Below, piece after piece: positions 27,801 through 36,354 of a stretch of DNA of 64,000 nt. A model generated the notes under the pieces. The model had not been told where the DNA came from. It made no database searches and worked only from the letters and a program-made list of their open reading frames with translations. Source of the DNA: Eledone cirrhosa (taxonomy: Eukaryota). The stretch's first letter is position 1; each line of letters opens with the position of its first letter. The position numbers and the translations under genes were made by a program. The stretch is from NCBI GenBank assembly GCA_964016885.1, contig OZ024743.1, positions 212,412,001 to 212,476,000 on the forward strand, written 5' to 3'.

Positions 27801-30800
27801 TGTACTGTCTTTATTCTATCCATTTAATTATATCCTCCATTTAACTTAGAATCCAATCTTTTCAATGTTATTCGATAATTCCGTCAGACTTTCAAAACAA
27901 TCTTCTTGTATTTTAAACTCCCATAATTCTGTCACACCCTCGAAAACAATCTTCTTGTATTTAAACTCTGATTACTGTTATATGCTCGTTTAATTATGGC
28001 TGAATTTCTAGGATTATATTATAAAATAACCTTCTCGAACCTTCTCGCTCCCTTCTCTGTGCCCCTCATATATCGTATATATGCCTGCAGGTTCTCTCAC
28101 CCCCTCCCTCTCTCCTCTCTCTCTCCGCAAATATAAAATAAACCTGTTGTGAGCTACGAATCTCATAGTTTGTCGATCCCTTATCTTGGCCGAATGCTTG
28201 TTTTTGAGAAATGTAATGTATTTCACCCTATTTTCTTGTCTCCATGTTTTTCCTAGTCCATTTACTTATCAGTATTATATCGTCCGTTTAACTTAGAATC
28301 CTATCTTTTCAATGTTATTCAATAATTCTGTCAGACCTTCAAAAGAATCTTCTTGTATTTTAAACTCCCATAATTCTGTCAGACCCTCGAAAACAATCTT
28401 CTTCGTGTATTTAAACTCTGATTACTGTTATATGCTCGTTTAATTATGGCTCAATTTCTAGGATTATATTATAAAATAACCTTCTCGAACCTTCTCGCTA
28501 ACTCCCCCAGATCCCTCCCCCACTCACCACCATTATTATTTGGTCCAATCATAATTCAGCGGCTTATAATATGTTTCTCTTACTAATCTCTTTCACAAAA
28601 CCACCACCTCGGCTATCACTCCTTAAGTTTAGACCTGGTTGCTTTTCGATATGCTAGATGGACTATAGAATTCTGGAGAGTCTGAAGAATCTGGACACTC
28701 AATGACAATGTCAAAGATAAAGATAAATTCACCTCATGTTGCCGGACGAGAATGCAAGGACTCCTCTTTATTTCGGCTGCGAATGGCTAACATAACTCCA
28801 TCTCCCTCACCCCTCCCTGCGCCTCATCCTTCCCACCCACCAAACGCAATCCAAAACTTCAGAGTTGGTACCATGAATGTAGGCACTTTAAAAGGTCGCT
28901 CTAACGAGGATGTAGAGATGCTTGAACATAAGGAAGTTGATGTTTGCTGTGGACAAGAGACCAGGTAGAGGGGTGGGTCTGCTAGATTCATTGTGGGTAA
29001 AAAACGATGCTATAAACTTTTCTGGGTGGGAAATGACAATGGGCTGGGTGGAGTAGGAATCATGTTAGCAGAAAAATGGGTAGATAAGGTAATAGACATA
29101 AATAGAGTGAACGACAGAATAATTAAAATAAGACTTATCCTAAATAGAACTACTGTGACAATAATATTCACGTATGCACCCCAATCCGGACTGCCTGGCA
29201 TTATAAAAGACAGATTCTATGAGTCGCTAATATTCACTACCTCCCAAATAACCGGCAGTGACTACATAATTATTGCTGGCGACCTAAATGGTCATGTTGG
29301 ACAACATTGTGACGGCTATGACGGAATTCATGGAGGCTATGGGTTTGGTACTAGAAACGAGGAAGGCTCCAGAATCCTGGAATTCTGTGACGCTAATAAC
29401 CTAACTATCTGTAACACAAACTTCAAAAAACGAGACAATCACTTGATCACCTATAGATCAGGGGAACACGCCAGTCAGATAGATTATATCCTTACCAAAA
29501 TATGTGACAGAGTGATTGTTGTAAACATTAAATCCCTCCCCCATGAAGAATGCACCTCCCAACATAGTTAGCACCCTCATAGTCAGGACGAGATGTACTC
29601 GACAACAGAGGAGGACTACCCTAAGGAGAAGAATATGGAAGTCAAAGGACCCCACAGCCAATAACAAATTTAAAAGCCTATTACTTGATGCTTTTGACGG
29701 TAAGGAAGAGCAATTAGAGACGTACAATATAGAGGAACAGTGGGAATTCCTGAAAGCTAACCTGCTGAAGACAACAACAGTATTCTGTGGCTGGAGCAGA
29801 CCTATAGGCAGGAGGAGAGTAACATGGTGGTGGACAGTAAGGTGGAGGAGTCAATCAAGGCCAAAAAGCAGATTTGGAAAGTATGGCGGGATGGGGGAAG
29901 TAGAGAACACTATCAAGTGGCCAGGAGGGAAGCTAGGAGACAAGTGTACTTTGCAAGAAGGGAAGCAGAGGAAAGAAAGTTCAAGCATGTTCTACAACGC
30001 GAGCACCAAAAACATGAGGTGTTCAGGATTGCTAGGCAATGTGTCAAGGAAAACCGTGATATTGTCGGGGAGAAGTGTGTCCGTAATGATGATGGTGTAC
30101 TTGCCATCACTGATGCTGATAAGAAGGTAGCTTGGAAGTGTCACTACGAGAGGCTACGAAATGAGGAGAATAAATGGGAAAAAGATAGTCTGCTCCACAT
30201 CGATCCAATAGAGGGACCAGCAGTGCAAGTTGAAGGTAAGTAAGGCAATCAAAGATATGAAGACAGGCAAGGCAGCTGGGCCTTCGGAGATAGTTGCTGA
30301 AATGCTGAAAGCATCTGGAACGGTGGGACACACTATGGTCACCTGGATAGTAAACCAAGTCATACCAAATGACTGGCGTAGTAGCATCATCATTAAGTGC
30401 TACAAGGGTAAAGGAGATGCCCTAGATAGGGGAAACTATAGAGGCATTAAATTAATTGACCAGGTCATGAAGGTCACAGAAAAAGTTATAGCGCAACTAA
30501 TCAGATCAAATTGATCTAGACGAAATGCTGTTTGGATTTGTGTCAGGTAAAAGTACTACAGACGCCCTTTTCCTTGTACGACAACTACAGGAGAAGTACC
30601 TAGCTAAAAGTAAACCCCTATACTTAGCTTTTATTGACTTAGAGAAAGCATTTGATAGTCCTCCGCGCCATTATCTGGTGGGCCCTTAGAAAACTAGGGG
30701 TTGATGAATGGCTTGTGAGAGCTATACAAGCCATGTATAAAGAAACAGTCAGCAAGGTTAGAATTAACAACGAATATAGTGAAGAATTTAGCGTAAAATT

Positions 30801-32693
30801 TGGTGTTCATCAGGGCTCTGTCCTTAGTCCCCTCCTATTTATTATTGCCCTTCAGGCTATAACAGAAGAGTTCAAGACCGGCTGCCCATGGGAACTTCTA
30901 TATACAGATGATCTAACGCTCATAGCTGAATCGATGACTGAACTAGAGAAGAAATTCCAAACATGGAAGCATGGCCTAGAATCAAAAGGCCTTAAAGTTA
31001 ACTTGTCTAAGACTAAAGTGCTAGTATGTAGGAAGGAAAATAGGGCACTGGTCCCATCTGGGAAATGGCCATGCTCAGTGTGTAGGAAAGGAGTAGGCAG
31101 AAATTCCATTTTATGTCTCAAATGCAAAGTATGGGTGCATAAAAGATGTAGTGGGATCACAGGTAAGCTATCTAAGAATGTAGATTTTATATGTGGCCGG
31201 TGTGCTCAGGTGCAATAAGTAGCAAGTGCCCACAGGATACTAGTTCCTTCTATTGCCTAGATGGCTCTATAGAAATAGTGGACACCTTCCGTTACCTGGG
31301 TGACAAAATCAGCAGTGGTGGAGGGTGCTCAGAAAGTACAGTAGCCAGAGTCAGAACGGGATGGAAAAAGTTCAGAGAGCTTATACCACTATTGGCCACT
31401 AAAGGTTTCTCTCTAAAAATGAAAGGCAGACTGAATGATGCCTGCATACGAACTGCTATGTTACATGGCAGTGAGACATGGGCATTTTGTGCAGAGGATC
31501 TGTGCAGACTGGAGAGGAACGAAGCATGCATGCTCCGCTGGATGTGTAATAGTAATATGTGTGAACAGCAAAGCATAAATGAACTAAGTGAGAAATTAGG
31601 TATAAGAGGGATTAGATGCTGTTTACTCGAGTGAAGACTACGTTGGTATGGTCACGTGATGCGCATGAAAGACGACAGCTGTATAAAAAAGTGCAGGGCG
31701 ATCAAAATAGATGGAAGCTTCGGAGTAGGCAGACCCAGAAAAACCTGGGACGATTTGATAAATTCCGACCTTACAGACTTACACCTCTCTAAGACTATGT
31801 CACTGGACCGAGATCTTTGGCACTACGCAGTAATACAGAAAATCTGCCTTGCCTAAGTACAAAGCGAAACCTACAGTCAAATATACTCCCCCGTCAACAC
31901 CACCCCTTTCTCTGTGAAGTTATGATGGTACCTCACAACATCCAGTCCTAAATAAATGAGGTCGTGTAGGTGTCACAACAAAAAAACACAGTCCACGCTG
32001 TAATGTGGCCGTGTAGGTAACACGGTAAAAACCTCCCAGTCCACACTGTAAACGGGGTTGGTGTTAGGAAGGGCATCCAGCCGTAGAAAACCTGACAGAC
32101 AGTCCTATACAAGCGAGACGACCAATCTTGCCTCAAGTGGGACAATTTCCGTCTAAACCCATGCTAGCGTGGAAGATAGATGTTAAACGATGATGATGAT
32201 GAGGATGATGATGACATTCAACAATAAATGTTCAACTTTTTGAAGTCTACCAAGAGATAGAGTGGTAAAAAGGCATCCAGAATCTAATTGTAACATCAGT
32301 AAAGGTTGAAACCATGATAATTTAAAACATAAAGATGACAGATCCCTGGCTTGTCTGAGAGATTAGTATCCACAGCTTCAGTATTGATTTGGTTTATGTA
32401 GACCCATCCAACTCTTGCTAGCAGGGAAAGCTGGCGTTATGATAATGTTTCCTCATTAAATTTGGTATTAAGTGAAAAGTAATATATAGGAAGACTAAAT
32501 GTATTTTTGTTAATGAAATCTATCTTTCAAATAAACCTAACTTTTTTTTCTCTTTTTCTCTCTCTTCAGAGCTTATAAGAGACGCTCATCTCCCATAAGT
32601 CGCCAAGAAGGTAATATTCATAAGTTTACTGGTAATCAAGATGATGATGATGAGCAGTCAACCTGGAATGGAAACTCTACGCAACAAATGTGA
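360..32693 (+). CDS. UBXN4: UBX domain-containing protein 4 (Erasin/UBXD2), whole gene; join(360..441,7439..7538,8141..8169,10843..10961,12616..12881,14135..14189,17775..17944,18511..18633,19909..20011,23102..23224,26591..26793,32570..32693), 498 aa
   Basis: 12 exons with GT-AG boundaries and consistent phases sum to 1497 nt in one open frame. N-term MLWSEDSIAKAI..IFLVYVFG, thioredoxin-like FSQIYPVVVVPSVFFIGLNGLPIE, coiled coil, UBX domain (RIQFRLPDG..MFPKR..ELVPSAVILVIP), hydrophobic segment, and the family-diagnostic C-terminus TWNGNSTQQM. Confidence 0.96.
2560..2953 (-). mobile_element. Two adjacent tRNA-derived SINEs (family A; Meta/Sauria-like central motif CATCCTTACGGGGTCGATAAAATAAAGTACCAG)
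   Basis: Match to the full copy at 54872; first copy flanked by ATGAAATAATT duplication. Further partial copies near 1800, 19545, 22630, 48880 and 49405. Confidence 0.85.
3638..3843. mobile_element. piggyBac-type MITE
   Basis: TTAA-CCCTTTAGCATT...AAAAGG-TTAA ends; shares termini with the 8752..10716 element. Confidence 0.6.
3969..4215 (-). mobile_element. RTE 3'UTR/SINE tail fragment with (GAT)n tail
   Basis: CATCATCAT..GTTTAACGTCCATTTCCACGCTAGCATGGGTT matches the RTE end at 32040..32213; many further copies (about 5460, 11680, 13900, 22040, 23380, 41905). Confidence 0.8.
7439..7538 (+). CDS. UBXN4: UBXN4 exon 2
   Basis: Acceptor gttgatAG; (G)EDELSKKMDETLAHEAVSDMCKDFVAVKIKSQ; donor AG|GTATC. 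Confidence 0.92.
8141..8169 (+). CDS. UBXN4: UBXN4 exon 3 (29 nt micro-exon)
   Basis: Acceptor catttcAG; (S)DICQQFSQI-(Y); donor T|GTATCCTTT. Confidence 0.9.
8320..8590 (-). mobile_element. tRNA-derived CORE-type SINE (family B variant)
   Basis: Reverse-strand GTGTTCTTGAGCAAAACACTTCATTTCAC core and B-box GGTTCAATTCC; similar copy at 17365..17575. Confidence 0.75.
8752..10716 (-). mobile_element. Deleted piggyBac element with transposase remnant (about 8980..9370), interrupted by an RTE fragment
   Basis: TTAA|CCCTTTAG ... CTAAAGGG|TTAA ends; peptides ALDYFFLFLP..EEINRYAQQ and MQAFF..IMFGIKQFPRLWNYWSTD..SSIMP..YLHLVD resemble the N-part of PGBD4-like transposases. Confidence 0.8.
9433..10370 (-). 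mobile_element. 5'-truncated RTE LINE
   Basis: GGGCSESTVARVRTGWKKFREL..MLHGSETW..RRLRWYGHVMR..GRPRKTW, 3'UTR and (GAT)n tail; homologous to 31317..32213. Confidence 0.95.
10843..10961 (+). CDS. UBXN4: UBXN4 exon 4
   Basis: (Y)PVVVVPSVFFIGLNGLPIEITPGHLGPEEFKQKTEEVLK; donor AAA|GTGAGT. Confidence 0.93.
11211..11407. mobile_element. Tc2/pogo-like MITE
   Basis: TIRs TACCATGTATACTCGAATACAAGC / GCTTATATTCCAGTATATACAGTA. Confidence 0.8.
11935..12230 (-). mobile_element. CR1-clade LINE 3' fragment
   Basis: SNTCGHAYKVRK..RKHFFTLRVAEAWN; (ATT)n tail; homologous to 27210..27565. Confidence 0.85.
12616..12881 (+). CDS. UBXN4: UBXN4 exon 5 (low-complexity S/T/A/E linker)
   Basis: Acceptor tttgctAG; VHESHLFSSTD..SESLDHRVT; donor TA|GTAAGT; phase fits exons 4 and 6. 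Confidence 0.88.
13005..13945 (+). mobile_element. Degenerate RTE LINE RT fragment
   Basis: FLDLEKAFDRVP, WELLYANDL, WPCSVCRKGIGRNSILCTKCK with stops and frameshifts. Confidence 0.9.
14135..14189 (+). CDS. UBXN4: UBXN4 exon 6
   Basis: (Y)AKQKIQENEEKKAVKEEE; donor GAG|GTGAGT. Confidence 0.9.
15333..15902 (-). mobile_element. RTE LINE 3' fragment
   Basis: Reverse complement of 31670..32213 (GRPRKTWDDLINSD, 3'UTR, GAT tail). Confidence 0.9.
15903..16216 (+). mobile_element. CORE-type SINE family B with RTE-derived 3' tail
   Basis: tRNA-like head (TAGTGGTTAGAGC, GAGTTCAATTC), core TCCTTGAGCAAGACACTTTATTTCAC, tail GGAAGGG..AAAGCGGACGTAAAATG. Confidence 0.9.
16622..16950 (-). mobile_element. CORE-type SINE family B
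   Basis: Inverted, near-identical to 15903..16216 and 45885..46222. Confidence 0.9.
17149..17207. repeat. (TA)n microsatellite (others at about 53071..53133, 61366..61426, 63750..63797; (CT)n at 35084..35120)
   Basis: Direct reading. Confidence 0.97.
17775..17944 (+). CDS. UBXN4: UBXN4 exon 7 (coiled coil)
   Basis: KVKEKEIGRRQLGKDVQK..EREEDRRARQRIKDEIDRD; donor AG|GTAATA. Confidence 0.93.
18511..18633 (+). CDS. UBXN4: UBXN4 exon 8 (coiled coil)
   Basis: (R)AQRKAKYEQEKIERE..AERDAAR; donor AG|GTAATT. Confidence 0.92.
18981..19191. mobile_element. Tc2/pogo-like MITE
   Basis: TIRs TACTGTATATACTCGAATATA / TATATTCGAGTATATACAGTA. Confidence 0.85.
19448..19747. mobile_element. Mariner-like MITE with a nested SINE fragment
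   Basis: Imperfect TIRs (..CAGCTGAAAAAGCTCATAGG / CCTATGAAATTTTCAGCCG..); related half copy at 11027..11100. Confidence 0.6.
19909..20011 (+). CDS. UBXN4: UBXN4 exon 9 (UBX domain, N-half)
   Basis: EISRIQFRLPDGAAITQQFKSSEPLSVACDFISQ; donor CAA|GTTAGT. Confidence 0.95.
20619..21291. mobile_element. hAT (Charlie-like) non-autonomous element inserted into an RTE/SINE tail
   Basis: TIRs CAAAGGTTCTCAAC / GTTGAGAACCTGTG; perfect 8-bp TSD GTCTAACC. Confidence 0.92.
21399..21577 (-). mobile_element. SINE family A, near full length
   Basis: 15-bp TSD GTGTTAAACAATAAT on both sides; A/B-box-like motifs. Confidence 0.92.
23102..23224 (+). CDS. UBXN4: UBXN4 exon 10 (UBX domain, C-half)
   Basis: HTGSNIQLYTMFPKRTFTAQDMASSLSSLELVPSAVILVIP; FPxR p97-binding loop; donor CCG|GTGAGT. 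Confidence 0.95.
23790..24720 (-). mobile_element. RTE-group (RTEX-like) LINE RT remnant
   Basis: GVLQGYPLTPYLFITILDYAL..RRSSR..LTDIEFTDDIVL..DFKYL..RHLQFAGHVMR. Confidence 0.85.
24792..25592 (-). mobile_element. 5'-truncated RTE LINE
   Basis: 132-aa ORF nearly identical to 9827..10225; (GAT)n tail. Confidence 0.95.
26591..26793 (+). CDS. UBXN4: UBXN4 exon 11 (hydrophobic ER membrane segment)
   Basis: KKTMLVQ..IFSMMLAPLFTLLNFIYGIIFG..SQRPS; donor AC|GTAAGT. Confidence 0.9.
27210..27565 (+). mobile_element. CR1-clade LINE 3' fragment
   Basis: SNTRGHAHKVRK..HFFTLRVAEAWNKLPASVV..ASFK, then 3'UTR and ATT-rich tail. Confidence 0.85.
27827..28499 (+). repeat. Direct repeat of about 225 bp (27827..28049 and 28274..28499) with internal subrepeats, upstream of the RTE ORF
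   Basis: Shared TTTAACTTAGAATCC..ATAAAATAACCTTCTCGAACCTTCTCGCT. Confidence 0.9.
28702..32213 (+). mobile_element. Near full-length, inactivated RTE (BovB-like) LINE: APE endonuclease, RT, Cys/His insert, 3'UTR and (GAT)n tail
   Basis: GTMNVGTLKGR, QETR, YAPQ, GDLNGHVG, SQIDYIL, NYRGIKL, DLEKAFD, GVHQGSVLSPLLF, YTDD, GRPRKTW; in-frame stops at 28966 and 31632 plus several frameshifts. Confidence 0.96.
32570..32693 (+). CDS. UBXN4: UBXN4 exon 12 (terminal)
   Basis: Long polypyrimidine tract plus CAG; AYKRRSS..EGNIHKF..DDDDEQSTWNGNSTQQM*. Confidence 0.95.
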
Positions 32694-34111
32694 TTTTTGT
32701 TTTTAGATTTTATTCAATTATATATATATATATATACATATATATACACTAAATTAAATAAGAATGTTATTATATCTTCTTCTTCGTCTCTCTTTTTCCC
32801 CTCTTCTCTCTTTAATCACATTAGCTACTTGGGAATTCTCTATTGTCATCTCCAGACCTTTTCAACAATGAAATATAAATACAGTCAATAGCTGATTTTA
32901 CCACTGAGTTTTGTTCACTCTGTTTTGCTCTTCTTGTCTTAGTTTCTTGAATTACTCCATGCTTTCAGACGGTTGCTACTCTTATGTGAAAGGCTTTTTG
33001 TTAACTTTTCAAACCAACCTTTATCTTTCCATTTAACCTCTCCCTCTTCCTCCCACCCATCTCACCTCCACTTATTTCATCAACTTTTATTTTCCTATTT
33101 GCTTTATTAACCAGCTTCCCTTCTCAGTGAACAGATTTATACTTACTCTTCTGCCTTTTGTATAAAATGAAAATATAGATGTATACACAATTGTACCTGT
33201 GTATACCCTTAACTCTTTTGTGTAGTATTTTCTGTTCTTTATTTAGCTTTGTTTTATCACTCAGATATATGTGCACAAGGGGCATATGGCATTCCTTTCA
33301 CTTAATATGAATATTTAATTTACTTGTTCAGCTGGAACCAAAAGCTTGAGTTTTGTCAGTCATGCTTCAATCTTTTGGTTAGAGATATTTGACAACAAAG
33401 AAGAAATATGACAGTGAATGGAATATGGTTTTCTGATTTGTCAACACAAACCTCACATGTGGTGTGATGTTAGTATATCTTGAAGTGGTCACTTGTATGT
33501 GGATAATCAAATAATGAAGGCATAAAATAATTTGTTGAAGAGATATAAATAAGTTTATTAATGAGCGATTTATGTGTTCTTCATTCTGTTTGCATATTCA
33601 TATATTTAAATATGGTTGGGTGAAATGAGATCTGGTAGTGTAAATGAAATAAAACAGACTGGTTAAATAAATAGAATGAATTGAAGTAAATAGAATAAGT
33701 AATTTAATAAAACCCTCAAGACCCGAGAGTTGATGTGCAAGTAGGAGTGAATATATAATAGCTCACTGGCAACTTCACTTATCTTCCTTTAACCATATAT
33801 TCTATGTCTTTATTCCATTTAATTACATCATTTCTTTATTCCCAAATTGCTAGTCATGTGCCTAAATTAGAAATCATTATTTTTACCCACACAAGTGACC
33901 ACCCCCTCTTTGATCTACACTAGCTGGTGATGTGTAACATCTCACCAATGTAAGATTTGTGTCGGCATATCAGAAGGCCATATACCGTTTGCCATTAAAA
34001 TTCTTTTGTTTGTTGTCAAATATCTTCAACCAGAATTGCAGGTTGAAAATCCAGGCATGATGTTACCATTAAGGTGTGTGTATAAATTATAATTTTTTTA
34101 TATATATGTAT

Positions 34112-34117
34112 AATAAA
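34112..34117 (+). terminator. Candidate distal polyadenylation signal of UBXN4 (alternatives at 33648 and 33706)
   Basis: AATAAA after about 1.4 kb of largely repeat-poor sequence downstream of the stop codon. Confidence 0.35.
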
Positions 34118-34429
34118 ATACTGATAAGTTTCCAAAAGCTGGTACAATGTGGTAGAAAAATCTAAAGGGCAAAGTAATGTTTACCCATTACTTTGTATTA
34201 GCAGAAAAACCATCCTTAGGGTCGTTTTCTGCTAGCATTTGTAGTGTGCATATTGATATTATACGCAAGTATATATACATGTAGATATGATATATTAAAT
34301 ATAATCGTAATTGACAATATACACAGAAATTGAATGAAGACTGTTACACTCTCTCATCTAATCAGTAACATAATCCATGGTACATTAAAAAAAGACGATA
34401 TTATATATAGACTGCATTAGGAGAAAATT

Positions 34430-34484
34430 AGTGACGGAAATATATGAATGCTCGCTAAGTGCTCGCTAACCGGAAGTGTTGACA
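34430..34484 (+). promoter_or_regulatory. Candidate housekeeping promoter (ETS/GABP site), possibly for PSMB6
   Basis: Perfect CCGGAAGTG at 34470..34478, second ETS-like CGGAAAT near 34436, tandem TGCTCGCTAA x2. Confidence 0.4.
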
Positions 34485-35078
34485 TTTGAAAATTTTAAAG
34501 AAGTGAATCTTTAAATAAGTAATAAAATATATTTAATGAACAGCCACGAAATTTAGTAGATAAATTATGTAATGTTCATTCATTTTTTATTCAAAGTAAT
34601 CTAACTTATTTTACAAACGGGATAAAAAATATATTCTGGATGCAGTCCCGCACTTCTTACTTTATTATAGTTTAAATTCTTTTATTTGTCATCATTTGCC
34701 CTTTATATTTTTCTACCACCCTGTACCGTTTTTTTATTTATCAGTCTTTTATCACATATGTCGTTGTACATATACACACGTTTTCAGAAGTGCTTATAAC
34801 TATTTAAAATGTTGAAATTGAGATGGTTGTGTTAATTTTGTATATATAATAAAAAATCTTTTTTTTTTCACATTGTATAGAGCAAGTATTTCACAGCTTT
34901 ATGCCTTTGCCTTCTGCAAACCATATAATTTCAAAACAGGTAGGTAGGGTAAATAAAGTAATCTACCTTGCCAAAGGGAAGAACACTATGGTTGTCGACA
35001 AGTTCTTACCATAAGAATAGTAGTTCAGGAATTTATTTAAATTCAGAATCCTGGCAATTTAACCTTACACCCATTCTA

Positions 35079-35125
<47 letters not shown>

Positions 35126-36033
35126 GTGTTTGTGTAAATGGAAGAGAGAGGCTGAGTTTATTGATATTTTCTTTTAAAAGGAAAGGATTAGATTCCTTCT
35201 CTCTTTCTCGCTCTCTCTCTCTCTCTGTGTATGTGCGTGTATATATATATATGTGTGTGTGTGTAAGCATCAATAAAAGTGAAATTTAAGAAAAAATAGC
35301 TTATTTTTAATCATTGAGTATTTTTCATTGAATCTTTGTCCAGTTTGTTTTCACTAAACAATGTATGCATGTGTCCATGTGTGTGTTTCTGTTGAAAGCA
35401 TTCTTCATGACACCACTTTTTTTAATTCTCAAATGGTACAGTGTAAATTTTTCAAATTATTTATTTTCTTATTGCATTTCATGATGTTCAGCTCATTGAT
35501 GGAATTGATTGTTCACACTGTAGTGGTTGACCTTGTGAAACTTAAGTACCAGTCAATTAAGATATACACACACACACATATATATATATATATAAATAAA
35601 TAAATTTTGTATAGCAAGCTTTCTGTTTAGACTTCATCTAGCTCTGCTGTTATCCACTCACGCAATGAATTTATATGTTGTAAATATGAATTTACTACCC
35701 AGAGTGGATATTATATGTTAAATAGTGCATAAATGGCTTAGTGTAGGAATATATACATACATACACACATTAGTGTTGGCTTCACCCATTGGCTTCTGCT
35801 CTGAGAATTCCCCTCTCCAGTGTATGTAATTGATATCTTTAATTATTCCAAATATGAGCATGAGAGCATTGGGGTAACTCTAGTCCATGGACTAGTTTTA
35901 ATGATCAGATTGACCTGATTCACATATATTACTAATACTTCAAGAGACAAGAATGCCAAATGTCATTCCACAATTATATATATATATGTGTGTGTATATT
36001 TATGTATATATGTATATATATATATAGGAATGA

Positions 36034-36154
36034 GTAGGACCCCGACGACTGAGCTGAAGCCGTTTCGACGGCTAATTCTGGACTCCAGAATTAGCCTTCG
36101 AGCCCTCCAGAATTAGCCGTCGAAACGGCTTGAGCTCAGCCGTCGGGGTCCTAC
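36034..36154. repeat. GC-rich 49-bp-arm inverted repeat abutting the gap
   Basis: 36034..36082 is the reverse complement of 36106..36154 with 2 mismatches. Confidence 0.95.
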
Positions 36155-36354
36155 NNNNNNNNNNNNNNNNNNNNNNNNNNNNNNNNNNNNNNNNNNNNNN
36201 NNNNNNNNNNNNNNNNNNNNNNNNNNNNNNNNNNNNNNNNNNNNNNNNNNNNNNNNNNNNNNNNNNNNNNNNNNNNNNNNNNNNNNNNNNNNNNNNNNNN
36301 NNNNNNNNNNNNNNNNNNNNNNNNNNNNNNNNNNNNNNNNNNNNNNNNNNNNNN
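36155..36354. other. Assembly gap (200 N)
   Basis: Run of N; round length suggests a placeholder of unknown true size. Confidence 0.99.

Noticed and set aside
28702-31856. Active autonomous RTE element
   Set aside because: At least two premature stops and multiple frameshifts.
34155-34268. U11 snRNA (AAAGGGC start, Sm-like site)
   Set aside because: Lacks the U11 closing helix and four-way junction; kept only as an unassigned structured element.
35811-35873. Possible PSMB6 first exon ending ..EHESIG|GTAACT
   Set aside because: In-frame TGA at 35802 and no in-frame ATG; weak resemblance to beta1 propeptides.
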